Position numbers and translations under genes: made by a program. The notes below the pieces were generated by a model. That model had not been told where the DNA came from. It searched no databases and saw only the letters and a program-made list of their open reading frames with translations. From the NCBI RefSeq assembly GCF_964194155.1, contig NC_135894.1, positions 6,200,001-6,264,000 on the forward strand: DNA of 64,000 bases. Reading direction: 5' to 3'. This DNA is from Cetorhinus maximus. Taxonomy: Eukaryota. Below, piece by piece: positions 11,375-23,794 of the stretch. Numbering within the stretch: the stretch's first letter is position 1; every line of letters begins with the position of its first letter.

Positions 11375-11662
11375 AAGGCCGGCATCCCCATCCCTTGAGA
11401 AAGGTTAAGAGTCAACCACATTTCTGCAGGTCAGGCTGGGTAAGGACAGCAGGTTTCCATCCCTAAAGGACATTTATGAACCTGATGGTTTTTTTTACAG
11501 CAACCGATGATAGTCTAATGTGAGTCAGCATTATTTAAATTAGTTTTATATCCCAGAATTTCTTAAATGATTGTAAATTCGATCAGTTGCCGTAGTTGGA
11601 TTTGAACCTGCGTCCCCTGAGTATTAACCTCCCTGGATTATTAATCCAGTCACATGACCAGA
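11375..11662 (-). mobile_element. tRNA-derived SINE with CR1-like tail
   Basis: Minus strand has a tRNA-like head with B box GGTTCAAATCC, body GGTTCA.AAATGTCCTTTAGGGA.GGAAA.CTGC and tail TCTCAAGGGATGGG. Same family as 60414-60660. Confidence 0.65.
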
Positions 11663-12009
11663 GAAAAAGGCCAGTAAATTAATGTAGGCCCCAGTCTCTC
11701 TGATCCACTGCTTGTGAGCATATTCTCGGGAAAGTCGAGGGTGAGAACATGATTAGACCTCTCAGTTTGACCTAAGTTCACATAATGGAGGGAGGGTTCC
11801 ACAAACACTCACCCACTTTTCATTTTCAGACCTGCTGTCAATTGCCACTGTCCATGACCTCCAAGGGACCAAAAATGCCCCGCATGAGATGTAGCTTTCC
11901 AGGATTCATAGCTTCAATGTAAAGAGGAAACTCGCAGATTACATTATCTTGCTCTGCAGACAAATCCAAGGGCTATAATTTCAGAAGCCGTGGAGGGGTC
12001 CGGGGAACG

Positions 12010-12730
12010 GGGGCGGGGTGGGGGGGATGATCAACGTGAATTTCACTACATTCAATATCAGGATCTCTATTCACACACATCTGTTTTCAGGCGCCTCAAA
12101 CAATTCACCATAATGTGCAGGGACCCGGCAATCACACACTGTAGAGGAAGCTGCTGATTTGTGGGGTGCAGCATGGGACAGAGAATTCTTACCCAGCTTG
12201 TCACACAGAGGACATGCTCGTACCTTGGCCCAGCTGTTCAATTAAGCGCGCGGTCTATCGTTCTCTACACACAGGATAACATTCTCCTGTCTCACGGCTT
12301 CCATTTCAGTCTGTCACACTCGCTGTCTCACAACTGGAATGTCTGGATCTGTGTAAAGTGTTGTTCGATCTGCGATGCTCGACTGCGCATGTCCATTACC
12401 CACCAATGTAAGTTCAGCTGTTACCAAGTGAAGTCCAGCAGAATGTGGCTGTGAAAGCAGCTGGTGAGGGGCTCTGTGTCTTATTGGCCTGATGTGGCTG
12501 TTATCATTCTGACTGGGGGTTAAACGTTGAGTCTCAGCATCCTGCTGCCTTTCCTCCTTCCCTCTGGCTGCCTCACTCGGCTCCTTTCCGCTGTCACTGT
12601 ACAGAGTGTCGGTTTTCACTAATGCTGAGCACTGCTCGGTGCCACTGGTGGAGGATGATACGGTCCTGGTGGGAGATGGTTCCTCCTCCTCCTCATCCTC
12701 CAGCTTGGCCATTATCCCTGCAAACAGGAA
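12010..12730 (-). repeat. inverted segmental duplication of 45197-45900, containing an acidic exon-like segment (12717-12425)
   Basis: Both copies translate GIMAKLE.EEEE.PSPTRTV...VKTDTLYSDSGKEPSEAARGKEERQQ. Bounded by TTTGCAG| and |GTAACA. Confidence 0.85.
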
Positions 12731-12749
12731 TTCACCAAGGCTCCTTAGC

Positions 12750-13060
12750 CAGCTCCTTTCAAACAAACCACCACGACCATCTAAGAGGACATGTGCAGCA
12801 GCGACATGAGAACACCAGCAGCTGAAAGTTTCCCTCCAAGTCACTCAACATCCTGACTTAGAAATATAACACCGTTCCTTCGCTGTCACTGGGTCAAAAT
12901 CCTGGAACTCCCTTCCTAAAAGTACCGTTGTTGTACCTACATCACAAGGACTGCGGCGGTTCAATAAGGCAGCTCACCACCACCTTCTCAAGGGCAATTA
13001 AAGATGGGTAATTAATGCTGGCCTACCCAGCCAAGCCCACAGCCTGTAACTGAATAAATT
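12750..13060 (+). mobile_element. CR1-type LINE 3' end
   Basis: Homologous to 39090-39345. Tail CACCACCTTCTCAAGGGCAATTA..GATGGG...AATGCTGGCC. Confidence 0.7.
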
Positions 13061-13559
13061 TAATTATTGGTAATCAATTCCTGGAGTTGCACTTGGAACC
13101 ACGGTTTCTGGCTGAGTCCAAAAGACCTCACATCTACTATTTTAGAGGTTCTGTATAAACGCGACTTGATGTAGTTATTAATAACGCTATGACTGATGGA
13201 AATGCAGTGGTGAAGTGGGGGATTTGAAGATGTAGGCGCTCTAAGCAAATGGGTTTGTCATATCATCCCTTAATCTACTCTAACCTTCTCTCCCCCTGTA
13301 TTAATCATTTGATTCCACAAATATTATTAAACCTATGCTTTGTAGTTAAAACTTTTAGTTCCAGGAAGTATTTTATTTCCAACCATGTAGCGTTGTGCAT
13401 CGTTGGTCTTTAGCATAGCTGGAATTCAATTGTGCCACAGTTTAATAATTGAATTCAAGCCTATTAAAGCATGACATACAGGAAACGTTCCTTACTTCTG
13501 ACTGGGGCTTGGAGGGAGGGCGTGAGGCTGCGGGGTGCGGTGGGGCTACCGGTATGTAG

Positions 13560-14170
13560 CGGGACCACTGCATTTTCAAGATTGAGAACAATAACCTAGA
13601 CATAGGTGTGCAGGGCATAATTTCAAAATTTGAGGATGGTGCAAGACTGGAAGTATTGTGAACTGTGAGGAGGATAATAATATACTTCAAGAGGGTATAG
13701 GTAGGGGAAGTATGGAATGGGAAGACACAAGGCAGGTGAAATTTAATGTACAGAAATGTGAAGTGATACAATGTGGTCAGGTGAACGAGGGGCGGTGACA
13801 TAAAATGATGGTCCTGATTCTGATTGGATGCAGGAGCAGAGGGACGTGGGTGTACAGGTGCATACATCATTGAAGGTGGCAGGGCAGTTTTAGAAAGCAG
13901 TCCTTCGTCCTGAATACTCGGCTTTATAAATCAGGGCATAGAGAACGAAAGGAACTAAGTAATTAAACTTCATAAAATTCTGGTTCAACTTAAACGAAGG
14001 TTTTAGAAAGAGTTCAGAAAAGATTTACGAGAATGATTCCAAGGATGGGAGAGTTCAATTATGTGGATAAATGGCCAAAGCTGGGGCTGTTCTTCTTCGA
14101 GAAGAGAAAGTTGAGAGATTGGTTAGACGATTCGGGTGGAGAAATTATGGTCATGTCTTAAATTGTGTGG
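13560..14170 (+). mobile_element. CR1-type LINE RT C-terminal fragment
   Basis: Plus-strand ISKFEDGARL (ISKFADDTKL-like), VKFNVQKCEVI and QRDVGVQVH motifs, with stops and frameshifts. Confidence 0.7.
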
Positions 14171-16415
14171 AGGTATAAAGCAAATTATTCCCTATTGTAT
14201 AAAGAACCTGAAAACGTTAACTCTGCTGTCTCTGTTCACAGAAGCTGCCAGGCCCGCGGAGGATTTCCAGCATCCTCTAATTTTATTACAAATATCTGTA
14301 AGGACAGCTGTGGCCAGTCTGTATGGTTCAGAAAGAGGGAAGATTCACCCGCCCCCCATCCCCCTCCCATTTCTTCGTCGCTTTACAGAACAAACCCTGG
14401 TAGGAGTGAAATGCCAGTCATCTTTCGTTTCTGTGGCCTGTTTTGCGGGCAATGATAATTGTGCAAGGCGAGTTCACCGTTTACGAGCTCGATGCGTCAC
14501 TGCAGGGTTGACAATGAAAACTATATTGACGCAGTAATTGTTACAGGCGTCACCTCCGATGCTCTAAATCCAGTAACAACTTCTGCAAACGCAAGTTAAA
14601 TTCGGATGACACTCGCCACTCACAATGGCTTTGCTTTATGGCAGGTAGAATGAAGAAACATCATTTAAATGAAAGAACTAGTGACCGCTCGCTTCTTAAA
14701 CATAAGGTGTTTTTCCATCTGGTTGCGAGATAAAGAGAGCAGAGTCCTTGAATTAACTGCTGTCAAATGCCAAAAGTGGCTGCTTTACAACAAATTTACC
14801 ACATTTTAAGTGATTAGTCATGATTGAGACACAGGTGGGTTTTGTGCTCCTGCCCGCTATATCTTCGATAACATTGATTGCTATTGGCAGATTGGTGCAT
14901 CTTCCCCTTGCATCTGCATTCAAGTGTAACAACCACATTTAGCTCCCCTCTTGATAGCGACCATTGTCCTTCGTAAGGCAATTGTACTTAGGTGAATTAT
15001 TACTGTTTTGTTCGCTGTCAACTGGGGAGATACATAATCGATCTATCGCCAATTGGAAGCAGTAATATTCTCCATAGCTTGACTTTTCAATTTGTGACTC
15101 AACCTTGTGTCCAGTTATAAGGTGTAAACGTCAATATGAACTGTGCATATTCAAGGATAAAATGGTTCCTGCTGCACTAAGTTTGAGCGAGGAATAGATT
15201 TATCTGCCCTAATAGCATTTTTTTCAGTGATATGTCATGACACCCTTTCATTCTCCAAGCGCAGTTACAACCTAAAAGTTTCTTTTCATTTTCCTTATTT
15301 CTTTTTGTTTATGCCCAAGGGTACTTGTGCCATGATACTTGGCCAAAGCATTATAAATGCTCCTAAAGTGAAATAGAGGATTGTAGGCAACATCACTTTC
15401 ATATAATAGGGGCTTTCCCAATTTTACCCAGAGTGCAGTTTAAAATATTAACTCCGGCAATGCAGAACATTACCTTATAATCAGGCGACCGTATTTCGGA
15501 AAGAAATAAAACAAAACAAGAAAAAAAAATCCTTGGAGGCACTGGATCACCCCCAGCAATGTGTCAGGGATGTTATCACGAATTACTTTGAGTACAGGCC
15601 TCCGCAGTAACATTATAGTGTTACAGCTAGAAATGTTAGAATGATTCTCTGCACGGACACAACTATTATTGTTCGTGTAGGGGCTTCCCCAGTGTTGCTG
15701 CGATACTCGATATCTGAAATTTAATGGTCAATGCTGACCATTGCCTGAAAGATAAACTCTGATTCACTCTACGCTGATGCTACAAGATCTCCTGAGTATT
15801 CCCAGCATTTTCTGTTTGTATTTCAGGACAAAAACATTTGGAGCAGGGCATACAAATGTTTGAATGGAGTTTTCATGAATAATGATAGGTTAAAATCAGC
15901 ACCGATAATTTTCTAAATTTTCCTACTATTATTGTTATAGTAGGTAATGTCTAGTACTATTGACTGACAGCAAAAGCATAAATACACGGACATATCCAGT
16001 ATTGATAACGTTCGAGCAATATCATCGCCAGTCATAATAACGCCGAGTCATCACGAGGTATCCACACAGAATACAATAGGTTTAAGTTGTACATTACAGT
16101 CGAGAACAGGTTTACATTCTGCAATGCCTGAGTCCAGATCGCACCAGAATAATATGAAGCTCCAAGAGACCAACACTCTTCAGGAGGAACGTCCCTGTCA
16201 ACATTCAAAGGTGGCAAGCGCAGAACACATCACCTCTGGGGTTACTTTCCGATCATTAATTTTAATTGACGAAGTTTCTGGAACTGAGCTGGTCAATCTT
16301 CCCATTGGCGGACCGGGGTCTCTGACGAGGTAAATTAGCCGCTTGTTTGTTAAGTGACTATAACTAACACGAATTATTAAATGAGCTGATTTCATCAGTC
16401 GAACAGGGGTTGGCC

Positions 16416-16421
16416 TATAAA
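16416..16421 (+). promoter_or_regulatory. candidate TATA box of the GPCR gene
   Basis: CCTATAAAG about 75 nt upstream of the ATG at 16492. Confidence 0.45.
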
Positions 16422-16491
16422 GGGGGAAACAATTACGGTTCTTAAATACAATCAGAAAACTGAGTGAAATCTCGCATCCTTCTAAAAAAAA

Positions 16492-16561
16492 ATGACCCGG
16501 CCAACGATTCTACAAGTAACAGATGTTTACTATCCAATTCTCGCAGCCTTTGGTCTTCCCG
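16492..16561 (+). CDS. GPR139/GPR142-like GPCR, exon 1
   Basis: MTRPTILQVTDVYYPILAAFGLP followed by the canonical donor G|GTAAGT (phase 1). Splices in frame to 18707 to give FGLPANL (TM1). Confidence 0.85.
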
Positions 16562-18706
16562 GTAAGTCAGTGTTGTCTAATAGCTGTTTGATTTCACTGT
16601 TAGTGATTATGTAGTTGATTGAAGGAATGTCTCACTGCCGAGTCATTTCACTGCCAGGATAAATTGCTGAATATCAGCGGGAACCCTAGCCGTTCACAGG
16701 GCCTGTGAGCCGCGGTAATGCTCAGCAGATCCTCACAGTGAAGGAGAATTAGGCTAATGTCCCGCCCCCACAAAACTAAAGCATGTTTTGCTTAGTGTCA
16801 ATGGCCATCATCTCATATGTAATGTTGCCCATTCACTACATTACATTGATAATTCCTAGTACTTCAGCGCCCTCCACCCGGCAGTCGGCGGGAAGTTTTT
16901 TTTGAGGAATACGAAGCTATTCCTCATTCCTCCCTGGCAGCGAATCTTTCCGGATCCACCGCCTACCGTTCAGTTCCTGAGCGGATCCTTCAGACCGCTT
17001 ATAAAGAAGCAAAGGCCAACGTTTTGAATTACATTGGATAGTTTATCTTCAGCTGAAGGTTTTATTTGAATTTTTTGCGTCCTGTAATGGATTTTAAATT
17101 ATATTGAATGCCGCTGGCATCGGATACTCTTCCCGAGATTCTCATCTCCACATAATCAGAAAGAACCGACTGTAAAATTATTTTTAGTGTAACATGGAGC
17201 CCCAGTGGCAATTTATCAAATTCACTCGGTGTATCACTTGGTAACGGCCCGATGACAGGAAGGTTGTTTGAAAGGAAATATGTATATTATTTGACTGTTG
17301 AAATTCAAGAAGATATAAGAATATCCCACTTTCCCTTTACGAAAGTTATATCGGTAACTGGACTGCCTCTGCAAGGTGCTGACGGCTGACTTGCGCTGGA
17401 CAGTTCCATGCAGCCTCAATCTAGCGACAGGGACAATGGTCAATGAAAGGGAATCGGGCGATACGTATGCCGGACGGCTCATCCGATTTAGCCAGTTTTA
17501 CACTGTTGTCCGAAGTCACCATTGGCCCCAGTTGAGGCATCAATGCATTAGGGTCGGCGGTAGTGGGAGGGGTTTGGAGCTACTCTCCGTTACTATTTTC
17601 CAGGCTGAATTCGAGTGACCCTTCTCTCAGCATCATGAAAACATCAGACTGAAATTTAGCGGGAGGACGGCAGAGACCCAGTCCCGATACAGTGTTTCTC
17701 TACACTGAGGGTCAACTCCCTGAAAGAACCGAACTTCCCCTAAGGACCCCGATGGAAGAAGACAATGGACAAAAATTAACTTTTTAAAACATATATTGTA
17801 AAAAATCAAACCAAAGTCAAAAAGTATATAATTAGCTTCTAATTGTATTCAGTAGAAAGTATTGATTATTGTTGAAGTAGCTGATACAACAATGATAAGT
17901 CTCACGGATATCTCAGTTAGCCCACAGCACACATATGGCACTGTGTTCAGTCCTAATGTCTCTCACAACTCAATCTTGCTCCAGCAGTGCTCAACCACTG
18001 TTCTTAACGTAAGGTCTGATTCTCAAGTGGCCTCCAACAACCACTTGAATCCAATCCAGCTACACGGATATGATTATCGAAAGCAAGCCTACTTCTGTGT
18101 GGCCTGTTTCACTGGGGTCACAACAGTCCTGATAGCGGAGTTTTCCCAGAGGCACTGTCACTCACCATTCAATAGCGCTCTCGTGTACAGTATCATTAGC
18201 TCTGTGGCTCATAGCTTTTCTCAGGTTTTAGTATTTTAAGATTGCTCCCATACACAACTCCAACGAGAACCACTGAGCCTTGGCGGCTTCTGCTGAAAAG
18301 TAATTGAACTTTTTAGACTCCTGCTTGTTCTGACCACATGGTGAAACCCGATCTCCCAAACTGTTTACACTTCCCAACCAGTTTCCATTCCCTTACCAAT
18401 TACATGCGCACATTCATTTCTCAGAATCCCGGTGTGCAACGAAGAGATCCCTCTCCCATAAATCTGGTTCCGGTCTCTGTTTCAGCGAGGGGCCAATCTC
18501 AAAAATACTGCCCTTGAAACAATTTAAACACAATAGAGTGCATATTCGTTTATTTATTTTCGGAGTTTCATCAACACTGGCCAATGTTATAAATTGGACA
18601 CATGTATATAACGCTGGGTAGAAATGCACAGTAACATTTCCAATAATATTCTGTGGAAGGTATCTGAGTGTCCATGTTACCTACTTTCTCTCCCTTTTTC
18701 CCACAG

Positions 18707-19642
18707 CGAACCTTATGACAATCGTGATTCTCTCCAGAGAAAATTGCGGCCTTTCAAAATGTATTTCTTTCTATATGGTGTCCATGGCAATAGCCGATTT
18801 ACTGGTCATGCTCAACAATGTTCTTGTGCATAAAATCCTGAGTAAACGTTTTCCACATATAATCCTGTCCTATACACCCATTTGCAAGTTCATAATGTAC
18901 TCAATTAGTACCAACCTGTATTTATCGGTGTGGTTTACAGTCTCCTTCACACTTGACCGGTTTGTGTTTATATGTAGCCACAAGTTTAAGCCAAGGTATT
19001 GCACAGTGAGAACTGCGGCTACAGTTCTAACAACAATCTGTGTCCTCTCACTTTTACAGAACATTCCAAACTGGTTTGCATTTGAACCTCTGCGAACAAT
19101 TAACAATTCTCACTGGGGCTTCCAGCCCAGCCTAGATTTTTATACATCTCCTTTTGGTGTAATATTTATTTGGCTACAAAGCCTTTTATTGACATGGATT
19201 CCTTTCTTTGATATTACTGTTTAATTGTTTGACAGTCAGACGGATTTTAATAGCCAGTCGAGCCCGTAAGGAGCTCCGGGGTCACAGCAGCGAGAATCAT
19301 AATGATCCGGAAATACAGAACCGAAGGAAATCAATTATATTACTGTTCACTGTATCGGCTACTTTTATACTCTTGTGGCTGACAGCAGTCGTTCGTACGT
19401 TAGTCAGTAGTATGCTCATTCATGTACGACCCGATTATGCAGCTCCTGCATACATCGCTACTGAAACCGGATACATGCTCATGTATTTGAGTTCCTGCAC
19501 AAACACTTTTATTTATGCAGCTACACAAACTAAATTCAGAGAAGAGCTGAAGAATATACTGAAATCTCCATGGGCAATAATTTTGTTAATGTTAAAAAAA
19601 ATGCAAAACGAAACCAACTGTTCCTGTTCTAACTATAGTTAA
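18707..19642 (+). pseudogene. GPR139/GPR142-like class A GPCR, exon 2 with a single 2-bp frameshift at about 19206
   Basis: Acceptor CCCACAG|. Motifs MAIADLL (TM2), SVWFTVSFTLDRF (TM3), RRKSIILLF (TM6) and YLSSCTNTFIY (TM7). CCTTTC--TTTG versus paralog CCTTTCACTTTG. The repaired spliced ORF is 335 aa. Confidence 0.9.
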
Positions 19643-20239
19643 CTTGTAGACTATGTTCCAGTTTTGAATGGTGGCCTTTCTGTTGCGACGACAATGAATT
19701 GTGTTTTTTAAGGCATCAGAAATCATTATTCCACATTGTTCCATGTGTTTTATGTCTGCTGATATTCGCACGGGAATTATAATTGTTTCTTGTTATAGCG
19801 GCGCACTTGCAAGTCAGGGGCCATAGAGAACAGTTATTAACATGTTTCAGCATTGGAGTAAAACCTCTCTGTGTTGGCCTTAACTCCCCTCCACTGCAGG
19901 AACTGCATGAGAAGCGCCAGTTTAATAAGCAGCTAAGGTCCCAAAACTTCCAATGTCAACAGCAGTGAATTGAAGTTGTTGTTGCGCATCCCAAACACTG
20001 CGGACGTCCTGACACGTGGACACGCTCTGAAATTGCCCCGGAAGTTTAAATTCCTGATTGACTGATTTGCGCTCTCCTGGACCCGCTGTCATTGTCTGCC
20101 ACACTGAGCTCAGTTTCAGAGATTTGGGTGTCAGATACACGGGACTTGCCTGCATACTCACACTGCGAATGTTACGCTGGTTAAAACTTGATCTATCTCA
20201 GGGATTAACCAACAGAACTGAACGAAACACCAAACTCAA

Positions 20240-20605
20240 CTCTCCAATTCACCACCACCTCCCCCCAACCATGCCGACCCGATCCGACTGCCCACGAGAC
20301 GCAATGGTCCACCGATCCAACTGCCACCCGAATGATTGCCCAGCCCAGCTGAGTACCCTATCTCCACCCGGACTAATCCTTCCAATTTAGCTATTTCCCT
20401 CCCAACCCGCCCCCAGCCACTCCCTCCTCTCCTCAGGACCTGACTGCTGTTCCCCGAACTGACTACCTGCCAACACGGCTGCTCTCCTCAACCCAGCTAC
20501 TCAGCCAACCTGACTACCCACCCGGCTCAATGGCCCACCTGATCCAAAGCGACTACTGCCGATTGGGCGTGATTAACGTGATTACCCACCTATGAAACCC
20601 AACTC
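20240..20605 (+). repeat. C-rich degenerate short-period repeat (CCCACCTGAC-like)
   Basis: Recurrent CCCAC/CCCAAC/CTGAC words. A longer version lies at 31720-32390. Confidence 0.55.
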
Positions 20606-20757
20606 CAGTTCTCTAGGCAAAGGGATTGCTTATTCTCTCAGTCCTAAATTCCTTACATTCGCTAATATGTGGACGTTCGTCCTCAACCATACATAAATTC
20701 AAAATCCAATGAATCTCAACAAAGTGCAGTTGAACCAGTTAATTAACATGTTTCAGT

Positions 20758-21016
20758 GAGAGATGCCTGTGTCCTTCCATCTACTGACGGGAGAAGAATG
20801 GATTTTACAGGTGGGAGCTGCCCAAATGACAGCGTCCGTGCAGGAGAGATTCCAGTCAAACACCTGCAGGCACATTCCTCTGGACTGGATAGGCAGAAAA
20901 AACAGGAATGCCTTGTAATAAATGACGCAGACTGGAAGACCTTCTCGATTATCATTGATAAGATTGTCATGAAGTTTCTCCACATTGTATCCTCTTGTTT
21001 TCTCTTTATATTGTAG
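20758..21016 (+). other. orphan exon-like segment resembling a Cys-loop receptor terminal (MA-M4) exon
   Basis: Follows TTTCAG and ends DWKTFSIIIDKIVMKFLHIVSSCFLFIL*, compared with the nAChR/5-HT3 motif W....vIDr/k plus a hydrophobic M4. No other exons found. Confidence 0.35.
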
Positions 21017-23153
21017 TAGCTGCTATCTTTAGCCATTATATACTAAGTAGCGAATAATATGTCAATTTGCAACAACACGAGGCTATCAGGCCAGTCCTGA
21101 CCCTGCAGTAAGCATCAGTTTCAGGATGAAGTTTTATGGAAGTTATTTAAAGATACGTTATTGCACACTGATTAATAAACTTCGAAAACGTTTACTCGTT
21201 TGATACGGTCTAGAAATATAATCATTTGTCATAAATCATCCTCTCAATTGGCAGCAATGATAAAGGTGAATAGCAAGCTTTATAAATAAACAATTGTTAG
21301 AATTTCAATTATGTTGACCTAGATTGAATTTATCTATTAGACAACAAGTTAAGGGCCTAATACATTTGGCCGATTGGTAAAAAAATCTTGTTCAGTAGGG
21401 GAAATTATCAACATTGAATAAGAATAAGCAAATTATATTCTCACGATATGAAATTGAAATTTAACAATTACAGAATTGTGTAAAGCAAACTTATAGGAAT
21501 TATTATATAGAGGGAGTGAGAACAACGTGTAAAAATGTAGTCGTAGTATTTCAGTTAGTGAAAAATGGAAGATTTGTATCTGCCCACGGTTCGCACCCGC
21601 CGCCCTGCAACCTGCCTCCACCGCCAAATAAAATCATTACCTGCCGCTGCAATTTCTGCCTTTAAATGTATTTTAAATAAAATTGCACGGAGTGCGTTCT
21701 CAATAAGAGAAACATTCATTCCAATGCTCTCGAACCTGATTAAAGCATTTATGCTTCAATAGCGATATAATTATACTGGTTTTGAATAGCCTGTCATTAG
21801 CTGCTTACTTTGAGCGTCACTCTGCCATGTTCTCATTCATGTTGAGATCCTTCAAAAGTCGAACTTCACATTGGAATCCAGTGCGACAACACTGAATAGG
21901 TGCTTGTCAAAGTCACAGATCACACGCATGCAGGATATGAGCGTCTGACCACGTATCACCCCAATCGCATCGATTACACAATGTCGCGCAGCTCCGCCTT
22001 TTTTGCTGCTAAGCTCACCCGCCAAGTTGATGTCACTCCAGACTTGGCTTATGCATTGTTACTCTGCCGGCCTTCTACCGTCCACTATCCAGAAAAGCAA
22101 TATCAGAGAAAGCCCTGATGGCCAGAATGCAACTGGCACTGAGTCCCAATCACACAACACTAGCGCTCGCTGAACATGTACTCTGGTATGGGCAACCCCT
22201 CTATTTAAAAATGTTCATTCTCGTATCAATCCCATCCTTATCCTTGTCTCTACCATCGTCTGCGATCTCCTTCTCTACAGCCTTCTGAAAATTATGTATT
22301 CCTCATATTCCGGCGTCTTGCTCATCTCCCAATTCCTTCACTGGACAATTGTTGGATTTTCTTTCAGATCTCTATGATGTAATCTCTGGAATCTTCTCCC
22401 AAAATCTATTTCTCCCCCTTTAAAGTCGTCATTAAAACTAACATCTGGCCTCTTTTCCTAGTGATTTAAATATCTGTCTCAGTCTCCTTATTTATCCAAA
22501 TACAACATTTGTAAGCCCAACGACGCTATGTTAGCAAGTTAACACCGTGATATCAATGAAAGTTGTTATTTGCTAAAATGAACTATCCATTCTTGCCAGT
22601 CCGTCCCCAACACATGCCTGAATGGTCCTGTCCATTTAACGTGGATGGAGCATAAATTACTGAATATTATTGAGTGTTGGTTCCATTAGTGACACTGAAC
22701 CTCTGATCATCACAGTTTACGGTTTCAGCACAGGAATAGGTTCTAATCCCTGTTCACAGGGTATTCACTGGTAACCAGCACTGGGGCAGAGATTGTCATA
22801 GCGCAGTGACTGTTCTCAACTACTAGGCCATCAATTGCTCCCTACAGGGTTCACCATGTCAGACCAGTTTCAGCTTATGCTGGAGAGATAACTGAAAGTG
22901 GCAACTGCGAAATGCTTTATGACAACGACAAGAAAAAACGTCGAAGCGATTATCATTCCCGGACACCGCCATTACCATTGAGACACACTCAAGAGATCGC
23001 GGCAAGTAAGCACAACGGTTCCCGCTTGCTTCATAGATGATTTTGATCCAATCGTGGTTCCTTATAATCGCACGTGATTTGCTTCTTCCCGCGTTGAAAA
23101 TGCCCGCTTCTTTTCCGGATTAATTTAAAGCCACACATTGCAGAAACAGACAG

Positions 23154-23227
23154 AGGCACTGCTGAGATTCACAATTGGGATCTTCATTTTAATAGACAGG
23201 CGCCTTCACTAAATAAGCCGCGGTGAC
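23154..23227 (-). pseudogene. tRNA-Thr(AGT)-derived pseudogene
   Basis: GTCACCGCGGCTTATTTAGTGAAGGCGCCTGTCTATTAAAATGAAGATCCCAATTGTGAATCTCAGCAGTGCCT aligns with Thr-AGU (GGCGCCGTGGCTTAG...GCGCCTGTCTAGTAAACAGGAGATCC...CCCAGCGGTGCCT). Confidence 0.7.
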
Positions 23228-23794
23228 AACCTGCAAGCAAGCATTGAAATACAAAGCTTTGAATTGTAGATGACTATATTGCTGCAGAATGATCTTAAGA
23301 AAGAGAGGGGAAGTTGTATTAACTCATTTTAACAATCAAGCATCCAGGTAATATCAAGAGAATGCTGGAAATACTCAGCAGGTCAGTCAACATCGGTGAC
23401 GAGAGCAGGAGATGTAACCTTTTAGATCGCTGGCCAATCGAATAAACTGCTCTGTTGTAAAGTAAGTCAGATACCGAATCAGAGGGAGTGTCCAAAATAA
23501 CCTTCACCTCAGCCCTATCCAATCCCGACAGATTGACCTTCATTCAGATGGACATGGCGGGGATCAATAAAATATTTATATGACGCTTGTTATTTGCTTC
23601 TTGCTAGGAGACGCTTTCTGAAGCCTGGTTTTCATTGTATGTCTTCACGCTCTACACTTCCTCCTGACAGGAGAAACAACACACTGCCAAATTTATGGAG
23701 GTGTCACTTCAGTCCCTCAGGAAACATGAGGAACAGATTCAGTCAGACTGGGCAGAACCACCTGATGCTTTATTAGTAAACAAAAAATAAACAC

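Noticed and set aside
14830-14975. CUB-like DNIDCYWQI peptide
   Set aside because: The motif is too short and an in-frame stop follows.
22730-22835. Possible tRNA-like sequence on the minus strand (paralog 33170-33275)
   Set aside because: Only an A-box-like word. No cloverleaf or isotype could be assigned.
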